Shown here: positions 53,684-63,095 of the stretch, piece by piece | Layout: every line of letters starts with the position of its first letter | Numbering within the stretch: position 1 is the first letter of the stretch | Assembly: GCA_947451035.1 (NCBI GenBank) | Contig: CANFXR010000003.1 | Location: forward strand, 221 to 64,220 | Direction of reading: 5' to 3' | Source: Burkholderiales bacterium | GTDB lineage: Bacteria; Pseudomonadota; Gammaproteobacteria; Burkholderiales; Burkholderiaceae_C | Length of the DNA: 64,000 nt | Program-made: the position numbers and the translations under genes | Notes under the pieces: model-generated | What the model saw: the letters and a program-made list of their open reading frames with translations, nothing else | Told to the model about the DNA's origin: nothing | Database searches by the model: none

Positions 53684-55192
53684 ATGAGTCTCTTCTCGCT
53701 GCTCGACCACACGGCTACACGCTTCCCCGATCACGGCGCGGTTTTCCGCGGGCTTGAGCAGGTTCTCTCCTGGCGAGAACTGAAGGCTCGGGCGCTGGGG
53801 TTGGGCGCAGGAATACGCACCAGGTGTCGCCCTGGCGATCGCGTGGCGCTCGTCAGTGAGAACCGCACCGAATATGTCGAGCTGATGTTCTCGGCATGGG
53901 CCGCCGAGGCCGTCACCGTGCCGGTCAACTACAAACTGCACGACAAGGAGGTGTCCCAGATCCTGGAGGACGCTGAGGTGTCGCTGGTCTTCGTGTCGCC
54001 GAAGCTGCTCGCCGGGTTGCCCCGCACGGTAGCGACTTATGGTGACAGGATGGTGGTCATCGGCGACGCCGCTTACGAACAAATGGTGTCTGGCGAGCCG
54101 ATTGCCGTTCCGTCGGCCGAGCCGGAAGCCTTGGCGTGGCTGTTCTACACGAGCGGAACCACCGGCCGATCAAAGGGCGCCATGCTGTCCCATCGCAACC
54201 TGATGGCGGCGACCATCGCCCACTTGGCCGACATCGAGTCGCTCGATGAGTGGTGTAGCCAATTGCATGTGGCGCCCATGTCGCACGGTTCAGGCATGTA
54301 CATGCTGCCGTCGATCGCGCGCGGCGCGCGGCAGGTCGTTCCAGCCTCCGGCGCCTTCGAGCCTGTGGAATTCCTCGAACTTTGCGACCAGCATCCGGCG
54401 TGCGGGGCCTTCTTGGCCCCGACCATGATCCAGCGCTTGCGGATCGCGGTCGAAGAAGGCAAGCGAAGCCGGCCGAAGCATCTGCGCAACATCGTTTACG
54501 GTGGCGGGCCGATGTACGTCGAGGAGCTGAGAAAGTCGACCACTGTGCTGGGCCCGGTGTTCTCGCAGATCTACGGCCAAGGCGAAGCCCCGGTCACCAT
54601 CACCGGAATGAATCAGGCTGCGCACGTCACCGATGACGATGCCATCCTGGGCTCTGTCGGTTGGCCCCGAAGCGGCACCGAGGTTCGGGTGACCGACTCG
54701 GATGGCAAGGACTTGCCGGCTGGCTCGATCGGCGAAATCCTGTGCCGCGGTGATGTGGTGATGGCGGGGTATTGGCGAAACCCCTCGGCAACTGCCGAGA
54801 CGCTGCGCGGTGGGTGGCTCCATACGGGTGACATGGGTTCGTTCGATGAGCGTGGCTGCCTGACGCTGAGAGACCGTTCCAAGGACGTCGTGATCAGCGG
54901 AGGCAGCAACATTTACCCCCGTGAAGTGGAGGAGGTACTGCTATTGCATCCAGCCGTCGCAAAGACCAGCGTTGTGGGGCGTCCTGACAACGAATGGGGC
55001 GAGGTGCTCATTGCCTTTGTGGTCCGGGAGGCGGGGGCCGAGGTCAGCACCGCCGAGCTTGATGCGCATTGCCTTGAACACATCGCACGCTTCAAGCGGC
55101 CGAAGGAATATAAATTCCTCGATGAGTTACCAACCAGCAGTTATGGCAAGGTTCTCAAGAGCGAGTTGAGAAAGCTTTTGGAAAACACCTGA
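53684..55192 (+). CDS. AMP-dependent acyl-CoA synthetase/ligase
   Basis: AMP-binding motifs YTSGTTGRSKGA, GEIL.RG and GWLHTGD, with a C-terminal K in SSYGKVLK. Confidence 0.85.
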   Translation: MSLFSLLDHTATRFPDHGAVFRGLEQVLSWRELKARALGLGAGIRTRCRPGDRVALVSENRTEYVELMFSAWAAEAVTVPVNYKLHDKEVSQILEDAEVSLVFVSPKLLAGLPRTVATYGDRMVVIGDAAYEQMVSGEPIAVPSAEPEALAWLFYTSGTTGRSKGAMLSHRNLMAATIAHLADIESLDEWCSQLHVAPMSHGSGMYMLPSIARGARQVVPASGAFEPVEFLELCDQHPACGAFLAPTMIQRLRIAVEEGKRSRPKHLRNIVYGGGPMYVEELRKSTTVLGPVFSQIYGQGEAPVTITGMNQAAHVTDDDAILGSVGWPRSGTEVRVTDSDGKDLPAGSIGEILCRGDVVMAGYWRNPSATAETLRGGWLHTGDMGSFDERGCLTLRDRSKDVVISGGSNIYPREVEEVLLLHPAVAKTSVVGRPDNEWGEVLIAFVVREAGAEVSTAELDAHCLEHIARFKRPKEYKFLDELPTSSYGKVLKSELRKLLENT

Positions 55193-55223
55193 CCGATAAT
55201 TTTTTAAAAACTGGAGAAAACCG

Positions 55224-56393
55224 ATGAGCGTGGCAATCGTTGGGTGGGCACAAACTCCCTTTGGTAAGTTTGACAATGAAAGCGTCGAAAGCCTGATCGT
55301 CAAGGCGGTCAACGAGGCACTTGCCTATGCCGGCGTGGCGGCAGCAGATGTGGATGAGATCTATCTCGGCCACTTCAATGCGGGCTTTTCGAAGCAGGAC
55401 TTCACCGCATCGTTGGTACTTCAGGCCGATGATGGCTTGCGCTTCAAGCCAGCCACGCGTGTAGAAAACGCATGCGCCACCGGATCAGCGGCCATTCACC
55501 AAGGCATCAAGTCGATCGAAGCAGGGCGCGCACGCATTGTCCTGGCGGTGGGTGTCGAGCAGATGAGCCTGACACCCGGCCCCGAAGTAGGCTCCAACCT
55601 GCTACGTGCGTCCTACCTGCGAGAAGAAAGCGATATTCAAGGGGGCTTTGCCGGCCTGTTCGGAAAAATAGCGCAGTCCTATTTCGACAAGTATGGCGAC
55701 CAGTCTGATGCGTTGGCAATGATCGCAGCCAAGAACCACAAGAATGGAGTTTCCAACCCTTATGCTCAGATGCGAAAGGATCTGGGCTTTGATTTTTGTC
55801 GACAGGTCAGCGACAAGAACCCTATCGTTGCCGGCCCGTTGAAGCGCACTGACTGTTCTCCTGTTTCCGATGGCGCGGCCGCCGTGGTGCTGGCCGATCA
55901 CAACACCGCCCTGTCAATGCGTAAGGCGGTTGCTGTCCGGTCGGTGGCGCATGTCCAGGATTACCTGCCGATGTCCCGCCGCGATATCTTGCTATTTGAA
56001 GGGTGTTCTTTGGCATGGCGCCAAGCACTGTCGGCGGCCAACCTGCAGCTCTCGGATTTGTCGTTTGTCGAGACGCACGACTGTTTCACGATGGCCGAGT
56101 TGATCGAATACGAGGCGATGGGACTGACTCCTTACGGCCAGGGCGCGCGCGCCATTCAGGAGGGGTGGACCCTCGTTGGCGGGAAGCTGCCCGTCAACCC
56201 GTCCGGTGGATTGAAGTCCAAGGGTCACCCCGTGGGCGCCACTGGCGTATCGATGCACGTGATGACGGCCATGCAACTGAATGGCGAGCTTCCTGCACCC
56301 ATTACCGTCAACAACGCAACCCTCGGTGGAATTTTCAATATGGGTGGCGCCGCGGTGGCCAACTACGTCAGCATCCTTGAGCGCGTGAGGTAG
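55224..56393 (+). CDS. Thiolase-family protein (SCP-x / non-condensing type)
   Basis: GGAG SD upstream. Active-site block NACATGSAAI, then ETHDCFT and KGHPVGATG. Confidence 0.8.
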   Translation: MSVAIVGWAQTPFGKFDNESVESLIVKAVNEALAYAGVAAADVDEIYLGHFNAGFSKQDFTASLVLQADDGLRFKPATRVENACATGSAAIHQGIKSIEAGRARIVLAVGVEQMSLTPGPEVGSNLLRASYLREESDIQGGFAGLFGKIAQSYFDKYGDQSDALAMIAAKNHKNGVSNPYAQMRKDLGFDFCRQVSDKNPIVAGPLKRTDCSPVSDGAAAVVLADHNTALSMRKAVAVRSVAHVQDYLPMSRRDILLFEGCSLAWRQALSAANLQLSDLSFVETHDCFTMAELIEYEAMGLTPYGQGARAIQEGWTLVGGKLPVNPSGGLKSKGHPVGATGVSMHVMTAMQLNGELPAPITVNNATLGGIFNMGGAAVANYVSILERVR

Positions 56394-56793
56394 CCGACGA
56401 CCCATTCTGGCGGGCTGCTCATGGCGAGAACGCGACTCATCTCCAAGCGAGTCCGAGGCATCCCGAAGTCGCACTTGCGTGTCCGGTGCGTCCAGATTGC
56501 GGACGGGCTGGTCTGTTGTGACGGGGGTGCTCGGGTTCATTTCGTCTGAATTCCGAACACTTTGGTCGATTTCTACGGGGGATTCCCTCGGTAACGTTTG
56601 CCCGTTTGGGACGTACAGTCCGACTTCGCTCTGGCGCACATGGCCCAATCGGGCCACATCGCGAGTTCACCGATTGCCCGTGGCTCGAATTGGAGGAGTT
56701 CGCAGATTGTTTCTGCGTTCGCCGGTAGCGAGTCGAACTTGAAACTGCCAGCTTCGGCAACTAAAGGCACACACCCCAGAGGCGAGCAAGCAA

Positions 56794-58836
56794 ATGCAGA
56801 ATTCAAGCCAGATCTTTTCGCTCCCAGAGAACGACGCGCGCGTCAGTTCAACGTGGGAAAAATTTCTGAGCGGCGAGTCCTGCGGATCTGATGCCCTGCG
56901 CCGGCTGATTGACGATTCATGGCGCCGTTGTCAGACGGCCGACGTGGATCCCGAAAGGGACAAGGCGCCACCTCCGCTCAGTGAGGATTCGTTACAGCGT
57001 CTGCTCGAGGAGCACGACGAACTCTTGTCGGCAGGCACGCCCGTCATGGCGCACGCGCGCCAATTCCTCGATGAAACTGGCACCGTCATGGTGTTGACCA
57101 CCAATGGTGGCGTAGTGCTTAACCTTGAAGGCGACCCCTCAACTTCGGCCGCAGCAGCAGAGCGTATCCGCATGCTGCCGGGAAGCAGCTGGAGCGAGGC
57201 CGCCTGTGGCACCAATGCCATCGGTACGGCGCTCGCCATCGGACAGCCAGTTCAGATCCACTCAGCCGAGCATTACTGCGCCGGCATCAAGCGCTGGACG
57301 TGTTCGGCTACGGTTGTCCGCGATCCCTACGACAACAGCATATTGGGCGTTGTTGATGTGTCAGGGCTTAACTCAACCTACAACCGGCACAGCCTGGCCT
57401 TGGTCGTGACGACAGCAAGCCGGATCGAAAGCAGGCTGGCAAGGCGTGAGATGGAGTTGCGCTACCGTCTGCTTGACTTGTGTGTCTCGCGAGTCGGCAG
57501 CCCGACGACAGACGGCATCATTTTGCTTGACCGGCGCGGCAACCCCATCAAAGCCTCAGACCGAGCGCAGGCTGCCCTCAACTCCTTGAGTGCGAATGGC
57601 CGGATGTCTGCTCCCATCGAGCTGTCTAAGCTGAAGATACCTGCATCCTTCAAGGGTGACTTGCGCACCAACTTGCCAGAGTGGCTGAACAATGATTGGA
57701 TCGAACCGATCATCGACAACGGTCAAAAGCTGGGCTCGATATTGACGATCCCAAATCGGAGTTCACATTTGGTCCAACGCCGCGTCGAAAGTGTGTCCGT
57801 CAAGAGCGCCTGCGACAAGAACGCATCTTTCGAGCGAGTTATTGGCAGGTCGCCGAAGCTGTTGGAGGCCGTGGCTTGCGCGCAGCGGCTCGCCAAATCC
57901 ACGGTACCCATCTTGCTGCTCGGCGAGACGGGGGTGGGTAAAGATGTGTTTGCGCACGCCATTCATGGCACCGGGGCGCCCGTTGATGCGCCGTTTGTCG
58001 CCTTGAATTGCGGAGCATTCTCGCGCGAGTTGCTGACCAGCGAGTTGTTCGGTTATGCCGAGGGGGCGTTTACTGGCGCGCGCCGTGGCGGCATGGTCGG
58101 CAAGATCGAGGCCGCGAGCGGCGGCACACTCTTCCTTGATGAGATCGGCGAGATGCCGCTAGACCTGCAGCCGCACTTTCTCAGGGTTTTAGAGGACGGA
58201 GCGATCTTCCGACTCGGCGAAAACAAGGCACGGAAGGTGTCGTTTCGCCTCGTCGCTGCGACCAATCGGGACCTGCGAAAAGATGTGGCCGAGGGCCGGT
58301 TCAGGATGGACCTCTACTACCGGATCGCGGTCGCGGCAATCAATGTGCCGCCCCTTCGCGAGCGTGTAGAGGACATCCCGGCCATCGCAGGCTACTTTTT
58401 GGAAAAACTCGCAAAGCTGCACGGCCTTCCGAAGCCGACACTCAGTCCCGAGGCCATGGACTTGTTGCTCCGCTGCGACTGGCCGGGCAACGTGCGTGAA
58501 TTGCGAAATGTCCTGGAACGAGCCATGTTGATGTGCTCGGATCTGGTTCTCACGAAGGAATCCCTGCCTCCCGAGATTCGAAAACTGGAACCGCTTGACC
58601 CACAAAGCCAGTTAGTCCAAGCCCCAAATCTTGAGATGAAAAGTCTGGAGCAAGTTGAGAAAGACACCATCATTTCGATGATCGAGCGTCAAAAAGGCAA
58701 CATGACTGCAGTCGCACGCGAACTGGGGATTGCCAAAAGTACGCTCTATGTGAAGCTCAAAAAATTCGATCTTGGATCGGGTGTGCAGGGCTTACCCGCT
58801 ACCACGAGCGAGGTGCATGCGGGTGCAATCAGCTAG
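56794..58836 (+). CDS. acxR: Sigma-54-dependent transcriptional activator, AcoR/AcxR type (GAF, AAA+ and HTH domains)
   Basis: The N-terminal signature is IDDSWRRC. The GAF region contains the GTNAIGTA block. The AAA+ core has [14 protein letters not shown] and ELRN. A C-terminal Fis-type HTH is present. The gene lies upstream of acetone carboxylase genes. Confidence 0.8.
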   Translation: MQNSSQIFSLPENDARVSSTWEKFLSGESCGSDALRRLIDDSWRRCQTADVDPERDKAPPPLSEDSLQRLLEEHDELLSAGTPVMAHARQFLDETGTVMVLTTNGGVVLNLEGDPSTSAAAAERIRMLPGSSWSEAACGTNAIGTALAIGQPVQIHSAEHYCAGIKRWTCSATVVRDPYDNSILGVVDVSGLNSTYNRHSLALVVTTASRIESRLARREMELRYRLLDLCVSRVGSPTTDGIILLDRRGNPIKASDRAQAALNSLSANGRMSAPIELSKLKIPASFKGDLRTNLPEWLNNDWIEPIIDNGQKLGSILTIPNRSSHLVQRRVESVSVKSACDKNASFERVIGRSPKLLEAVACAQRLAKSTVPILLLGETGVGKDVFAHAIHGTGAPVDAPFVALNCGAFSRELLTSELFGYAEGAFTGARRGGMVGKIEAASGGTLFLDEIGEMPLDLQPHFLRVLEDGAIFRLGENKARKVSFRLVAATNRDLRKDVAEGRFRMDLYYRIAVAAINVPPLRERVEDIPAIAGYFLEKLAKLHGLPKPTLSPEAMDLLLRCDWPGNVRELRNVLERAMLMCSDLVLTKESLPPEIRKLEPLDPQSQLVQAPNLEMKSLEQVEKDTIISMIERQKGNMTAVARELGIAKSTLYVKLKKFDLGSGVQGLPATTSEVHAGAIS

Positions 58837-59166
58837 GTGCCAGACTTGAATCTTTCGCATCATGCTGAGTTGATGGCGCTGAGATCGCCCTACGGCAATC
58901 CGTAAATTTGCGGCACAAAGGCGCGGCACTCCTGGCGCGGGTGTAACGTGCCCCGCGCTCTGCACTTTCGGTGCGCCGAATGTCACAGGTTCGAAGGGTG
59001 CAATCGAGCCCAAGTCGGGTTCAAATCTTGCTCTACTTTCGAAAACAAAGTCAGTTCTCGGGATCTGCCTGGGTTCAATGAGCGCAGCCTGCCACCACCA
59101 ACGGTGGGGCCCTGTGAATTGGCCTGAGAATTTCTCTATTCAATATATAAATCCATTTTTAATAAC

Positions 59167-59916
59167 ATGAACGGAGCTGTGTTTGTGTCTGGTAAAAAGA
59201 TGTCCGGCTATACACTTACCTCTACCTTGCTCAAGGGATACAGAAAAGCAGCGGTCGATAACGCGAGAGAACTACAGTACGAAGCGGCCCTGCTTCTAGC
59301 CAACAACCATTTTTCACGCGCATATTTTTTGGCGACGGCTTCCATCGAGGAAATTGGGAAAGCCGTCCAAGCCTTCGATGCGTTAGGGCGAAACGTAAGA
59401 GACACAGAGATATCAACTCGTGTCAGGCTTAACTTCCAGGATTACTCGAAAAAGCTCGCGGCTGCAGTGTTCCCATGGATGTTACGTGACCCTAAAAATC
59501 GCGAGTCAGTAGCGCTATTTATTGAGACTCTGGTAGAAGCCAAGAACGCCAGTGAGCCATCGCTATTCGTGGGTATCGAACCACAAGGGATGGACATTCA
59601 TACTCCCTTCGCAGTGGTTCGTCGTGAAATGGCCGAAGAATGTGTGCGGATGGCACGAACCATATTTTCGTATGCTGCGCCGCATGTATTGGATGGTCAT
59701 TACAAGGTTCGCACCAAGGCGGAGGATGATTTTTTTGTAATGAAACCTTCGTCCGTTTTGAACATGTCGAGCGGGGCAGATTTCTGGCAGTACTACATAG
59801 CGTGCATGAAATCCGGGGATGCGGCTTTTGAGGCGGCATTGATGGACTACACCAAAAAATATCTAGCAAAGAATGAAAAGTACAAGGGCGCAGACCTTGG
59901 CGGACTCGAAGCCTGA
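59167..59916 (+). CDS. AbiV-like (HEPN-superfamily) abortive-infection family protein candidate
   Basis: The N-terminal helix pair ..AVDNARELQYEAALLLANNHFSRAYFLATASIEEIGKA.. resembles the AbiV family signature as I remember it. The gene sits in a markedly AT-richer islet. The start is ATG 59167 or 59200. Confidence 0.45.
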   Translation: MNGAVFVSGKKMSGYTLTSTLLKGYRKAAVDNARELQYEAALLLANNHFSRAYFLATASIEEIGKAVQAFDALGRNVRDTEISTRVRLNFQDYSKKLAAAVFPWMLRDPKNRESVALFIETLVEAKNASEPSLFVGIEPQGMDIHTPFAVVRREMAEECVRMARTIFSYAAPHVLDGHYKVRTKAEDDFFVMKPSSVLNMSSGADFWQYYIACMKSGDAAFEAALMDYTKKYLAKNEKYKGADLGGLEA

Positions 59917-60015
59917 ACGCGCTCAAAGAGGCGCCGGTCAGCCTGTTTCGCTTGTTTCAGGCGGTTAAAAGAGCAACCTTCACTGGCAATTTTTTCACAA
60001 AAGGAGATGACAGAA

Positions 60016-60645
60016 ATGAGGATTTATGACTGGGCGGCAGCACCCAATCCAAAGCGACTTCGCATGTACCTTGTTGAAAAAGGTCTAAATATCGAAATCG
60101 TTCAGGTTTCCGGGGAAAATCTCCGGTTGAGGCCGGACTATGTGGCGAAGTTCCCGCAGGCCATGGTTCCCATGCTTGAACTCGATGACGGACGGCAGAT
60201 CGGCGAATCTATTGCGATATGTCGATATTTTGAGGAAATTCATCCGAATCCTCCGCTGTTGGGTCGCGATCCTTACGAGAAGGCGATCGTCGACATGTGG
60301 GAGCGACGGGCTTTTGACGAAGGCATGATGGCGGCCGGCGAGGTCTTTCGAAATACCGCGGAGGCTTTCAAGGATCGGGGCTTGCCGGGATTTTCTGGCC
60401 CGGTTCCCCAGATACCCGCTTTGATCGAACGCGGAAAAATGCGCCTCGCAAACTTCTTTGCCAAGTTCGATGAGCAACTAAAATCAAATCGATTTATTGC
60501 AGGCGATCAATTCACGCTTGCAGATTGCACGCTGTTTTGCAGTATCGAATTTGCGGGCTGGTCTGACATCAAGATCCCATCAGAATGCAAAAACCTCCTG
60601 CGCTGGCAGGAGGAGGTGAGCGCTCGTCCAAGCGCAAAGGCCTGA
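60016..60645 (+). CDS. Glutathione S-transferase
   Basis: AAGGAG lies 9 nt before ATG 60016, while the upstream in-frame ATG 60007 abuts the SD. Thioredoxin-like N-domain (..VPMLELDDGRQIGESIAICRYFEE..) and a helical C-domain. Confidence 0.8.
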   Translation: MRIYDWAAAPNPKRLRMYLVEKGLNIEIVQVSGENLRLRPDYVAKFPQAMVPMLELDDGRQIGESIAICRYFEEIHPNPPLLGRDPYEKAIVDMWERRAFDEGMMAAGEVFRNTAEAFKDRGLPGFSGPVPQIPALIERGKMRLANFFAKFDEQLKSNRFIAGDQFTLADCTLFCSIEFAGWSDIKIPSECKNLLRWQEEVSARPSAKA

Positions 60646-60713
60646 TGTACGTTCCCGGCCGGCATGGCGGGCCGACCGGAAGACGAACGGTCGCGAAAGC
60701 GGGCGTCCGACTT

Positions 60714-60725
60714 CCATCCGGATGG
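60714..60725. promoter_or_regulatory. Candidate activator (UAS) palindrome upstream of the acx promoter
   Basis: Perfect 12-bp palindrome ccatccggatgg about 95 nt upstream of the -24 element. GGATGG recurs at 60737-60742, and an AT-rich stretch follows. Confidence 0.3.
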
Positions 60726-60819
60726 TGAGTTAGCTTGGATGGCGTGGGTGTACCATGTTGCCGAGAAAAACGTTAAGAAACAATAAGTTAAGTTGATTTT
60801 TTGTGTGCTGTCGATGGGC

Positions 60820-60834
60820 TGGCACTGACCTTGC
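60820..60834 (+). promoter_or_regulatory. Sigma-54 (-24/-12) promoter for acxAB
   Basis: TGGCAC-tgacc-TTGC matches TGGCAC-n5-TTGC exactly. It lies about 100 nt upstream of the acxA ATG. Confidence 0.8.
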
Positions 60835-60935
60835 GATGGGAACACCGTTCGGTCTCAGTCAGATCGTTCAGTAATTTCGGGCCCGTGAGGGCTATTGGCG
60901 TAGACCAGATTGCTTTTTTTTATGGAGACGTGGAG

Positions 60936-63083
60936 ATGACAACGGAAAATTCGTCGGTTCAGGTGCTTGGCATTGATGCCGGCGGCACCATGACTGACAC
61001 ATTCTTTGTTCGTGCTGACGGGCGGTTTGTGGTCGGTAAGGCGCAAAGCAACCCTGCAGATGAATCCCTGGCGATCTACAACTCATCAGTTGACGCTTTG
61101 GCTCACTGGGGTCGCACGGTTGATGATGTTTACCCTGAACTGGTGACGTGCGTTTATTCGGGCACCGCCATGTTGAACCGCGTGTTGCAGCGCAAGGGTC
61201 TCGATGTGGGCCTGATGGTCAATCGCGGCTTTGAGCAGGTCCATTCCATGGGCCGTGCTCTGCAAAGCTACCTCGGCTACGCGCTTGAGGACCGTATTCA
61301 CCTGAATACGCACCGCTACGATGAGCCACTGGTTCCAATTTCGCGCACCCGCGGCGTTGCCGAGCGCACTGACGTGCAAGGCAAGATCGTTATTCCGCTG
61401 CGTGAAGACGAAGTTCGGGTTGCCACTAGGGAATTGGTCGAGGCAGGCTCAAAGGCCATCGTGATCTGCTTGCTGCAGGCTCACAAGAACGGCACAAGCG
61501 AGCAGCGCGCTCGGGACATCTGCAAGGAAGAGCTCGCCAAGCTGGGTTCGACGATTCCAGTGTTCGCATCGGTTGACTACTATCCTTCGCGCAAGGAAAG
61601 CCACCGCATGAACACGACGATTCTGGAGGCCTATGGCGCAGAACCGTCGCGTGCAACGCTCAAGCTTGTGGCCGATCGCTTCGCAAAGCACGGCGCCAAG
61701 TTTGCGCTGCGCGTGATGGCCACGCACGGCGGCACCATCAGCTGGAAGGCCAAGGAACTGGCTCGCACGATCGTGTCCGGCCCAATCGGCGGCGTGATCG
61801 GCTCCAAGCTCTTGGGCGATGCGCTCGGCGACGAGAACATTGCTTGCTCGGACATCGGCGGCACCAGCTTTGACGTGGCGCTGATCACCAAGGGCAACTT
61901 TGCGATCAAGTCTGATCCGGACATGGCTCGACTGGTTCTGTCGCTGCCGTTGGTGGCCATGGACTCCGTGGGCGCTGGTGCGGGCAGCTTCGTCCGCATT
62001 GACCCGTACAGCAAATCCATCAAGCTGGGTCCTGATAGCGCAGGCTATCGCGTCGGTACCTGCTGGCCAGAAAGCGGCTTGACCACGGTTTCGGTGTCCG
62101 ACTGCCACGTCGTTCTTGGCTACCTCAACCCGGATAACTTCCTGGGTGGCGCCATCAAGCTCGACGTTCAGCGCGCTCGTGATCACATCAAAGAGCAAGT
62201 TGCTGACCCGCTGGGTCTCTCGGTTGAAGATGCAGCCGCTGGCGTGATTGAGTTGCTCGACCTGACTTTGAGCGAATACCTTCGCGCCAACATCAGCGCA
62301 CGTGGTTACAACCCAATCGAGTTCACCTGCTTCTCGTACGGTGGTGCTGGTCCTGTTCACACCTATGGCTACACCCAGGGCGTGGGCTTCAAGGACGTGG
62401 TGGTTCCAGCTTGGGCCGCCGGCTTCTCGGCTTTCGGTTGCGCCTGTGCTGACTTCGAGTATCGCTACGACAAGTCGGTCGACCTCGGCGTTGCCGAGTT
62501 GGCTCCGGATGCAAACAAGATTGCCGCTTGCAAGGAACTCCAGTCGGCCTGGGAAACCTTGGCAGAGAAGGTGGTTGACGAGTTCATCATCAACGGCTTC
62601 AAGCGTGATGATGTGCTGTTGATCCCCGGTTTCAAGATGCAATACATGGGCCAGCTGAACGACCTCGAAATCATTTCGCCGGTTGCTCATGCAGGTACCG
62701 CGGCGGATTGGAACAAGATCGTTGAAGCGTTTGAGACGACCTATGGTCGCGTTTACGCTAATTCAGCACGCTCGCCGGAATTGGGATACTCGGTTACTGG
62801 CGCGATCATGCGCGGTACTGTGGCGACCCAGAAGCCTGTGCTGCCTGAGGATGCGGATGAGGGCCCAGTGCCACCAGCCAATGCGCGCCTTGGAACCCGT
62901 CCGTTCTATCGCCACAAGAAGTGGGTTGATGCCGTGATCTGGAAGATGGAGTCGCTGAAGGCTGGTAATCACATTTCTGGTCCAGCCATCATTGAATCCG
63001 ATGCAACCACGTTCGTTGTGCCAGATGGTTTCCGTACCACCGTCGACAAGCATCGCCTGTTCCACCTGATTGAAGTCAAGTAA
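60936..63083 (+). CDS. acxA: Acetone carboxylase beta subunit (hydantoinase A/oxoprolinase family)
   Basis: GGAG SD. VLGIDAGGTMTDTF ATPase motif. 715 aa. Followed after 12 nt by the alpha subunit. Confidence 0.75.
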   Translation: MTTENSSVQVLGIDAGGTMTDTFFVRADGRFVVGKAQSNPADESLAIYNSSVDALAHWGRTVDDVYPELVTCVYSGTAMLNRVLQRKGLDVGLMVNRGFEQVHSMGRALQSYLGYALEDRIHLNTHRYDEPLVPISRTRGVAERTDVQGKIVIPLREDEVRVATRELVEAGSKAIVICLLQAHKNGTSEQRARDICKEELAKLGSTIPVFASVDYYPSRKESHRMNTTILEAYGAEPSRATLKLVADRFAKHGAKFALRVMATHGGTISWKAKELARTIVSGPIGGVIGSKLLGDALGDENIACSDIGGTSFDVALITKGNFAIKSDPDMARLVLSLPLVAMDSVGAGAGSFVRIDPYSKSIKLGPDSAGYRVGTCWPESGLTTVSVSDCHVVLGYLNPDNFLGGAIKLDVQRARDHIKEQVADPLGLSVEDAAAGVIELLDLTLSEYLRANISARGYNPIEFTCFSYGGAGPVHTYGYTQGVGFKDVVVPAWAAGFSAFGCACADFEYRYDKSVDLGVAELAPDANKIAACKELQSAWETLAEKVVDEFIINGFKRDDVLLIPGFKMQYMGQLNDLEIISPVAHAGTAADWNKIVEAFETTYGRVYANSARSPELGYSVTGAIMRGTVATQKPVLPEDADEGPVPPANARLGTRPFYRHKKWVDAVIWKMESLKAGNHISGPAIIESDATTFVVPDGFRTTVDKHRLFHLIEVK

Positions 63084-63095
63084 GGAGAAACAAAC

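Noticed and set aside
59011-59030. GGGTTCAAATC, resembling a tRNA T-loop, in the AT-rich islet. It could have been a tRNA-fragment att site.
   Set aside because: The flanking bases cannot form the 5-bp T-stem in either register I tried, and there is no acceptor stem or CCA. It is probably chance.
59984-59998. TGGCAATTTTTTCAC upstream of the GST gene, as a possible sigma-54 promoter.
   Set aside because: There is no GC dinucleotide at the -12 position.
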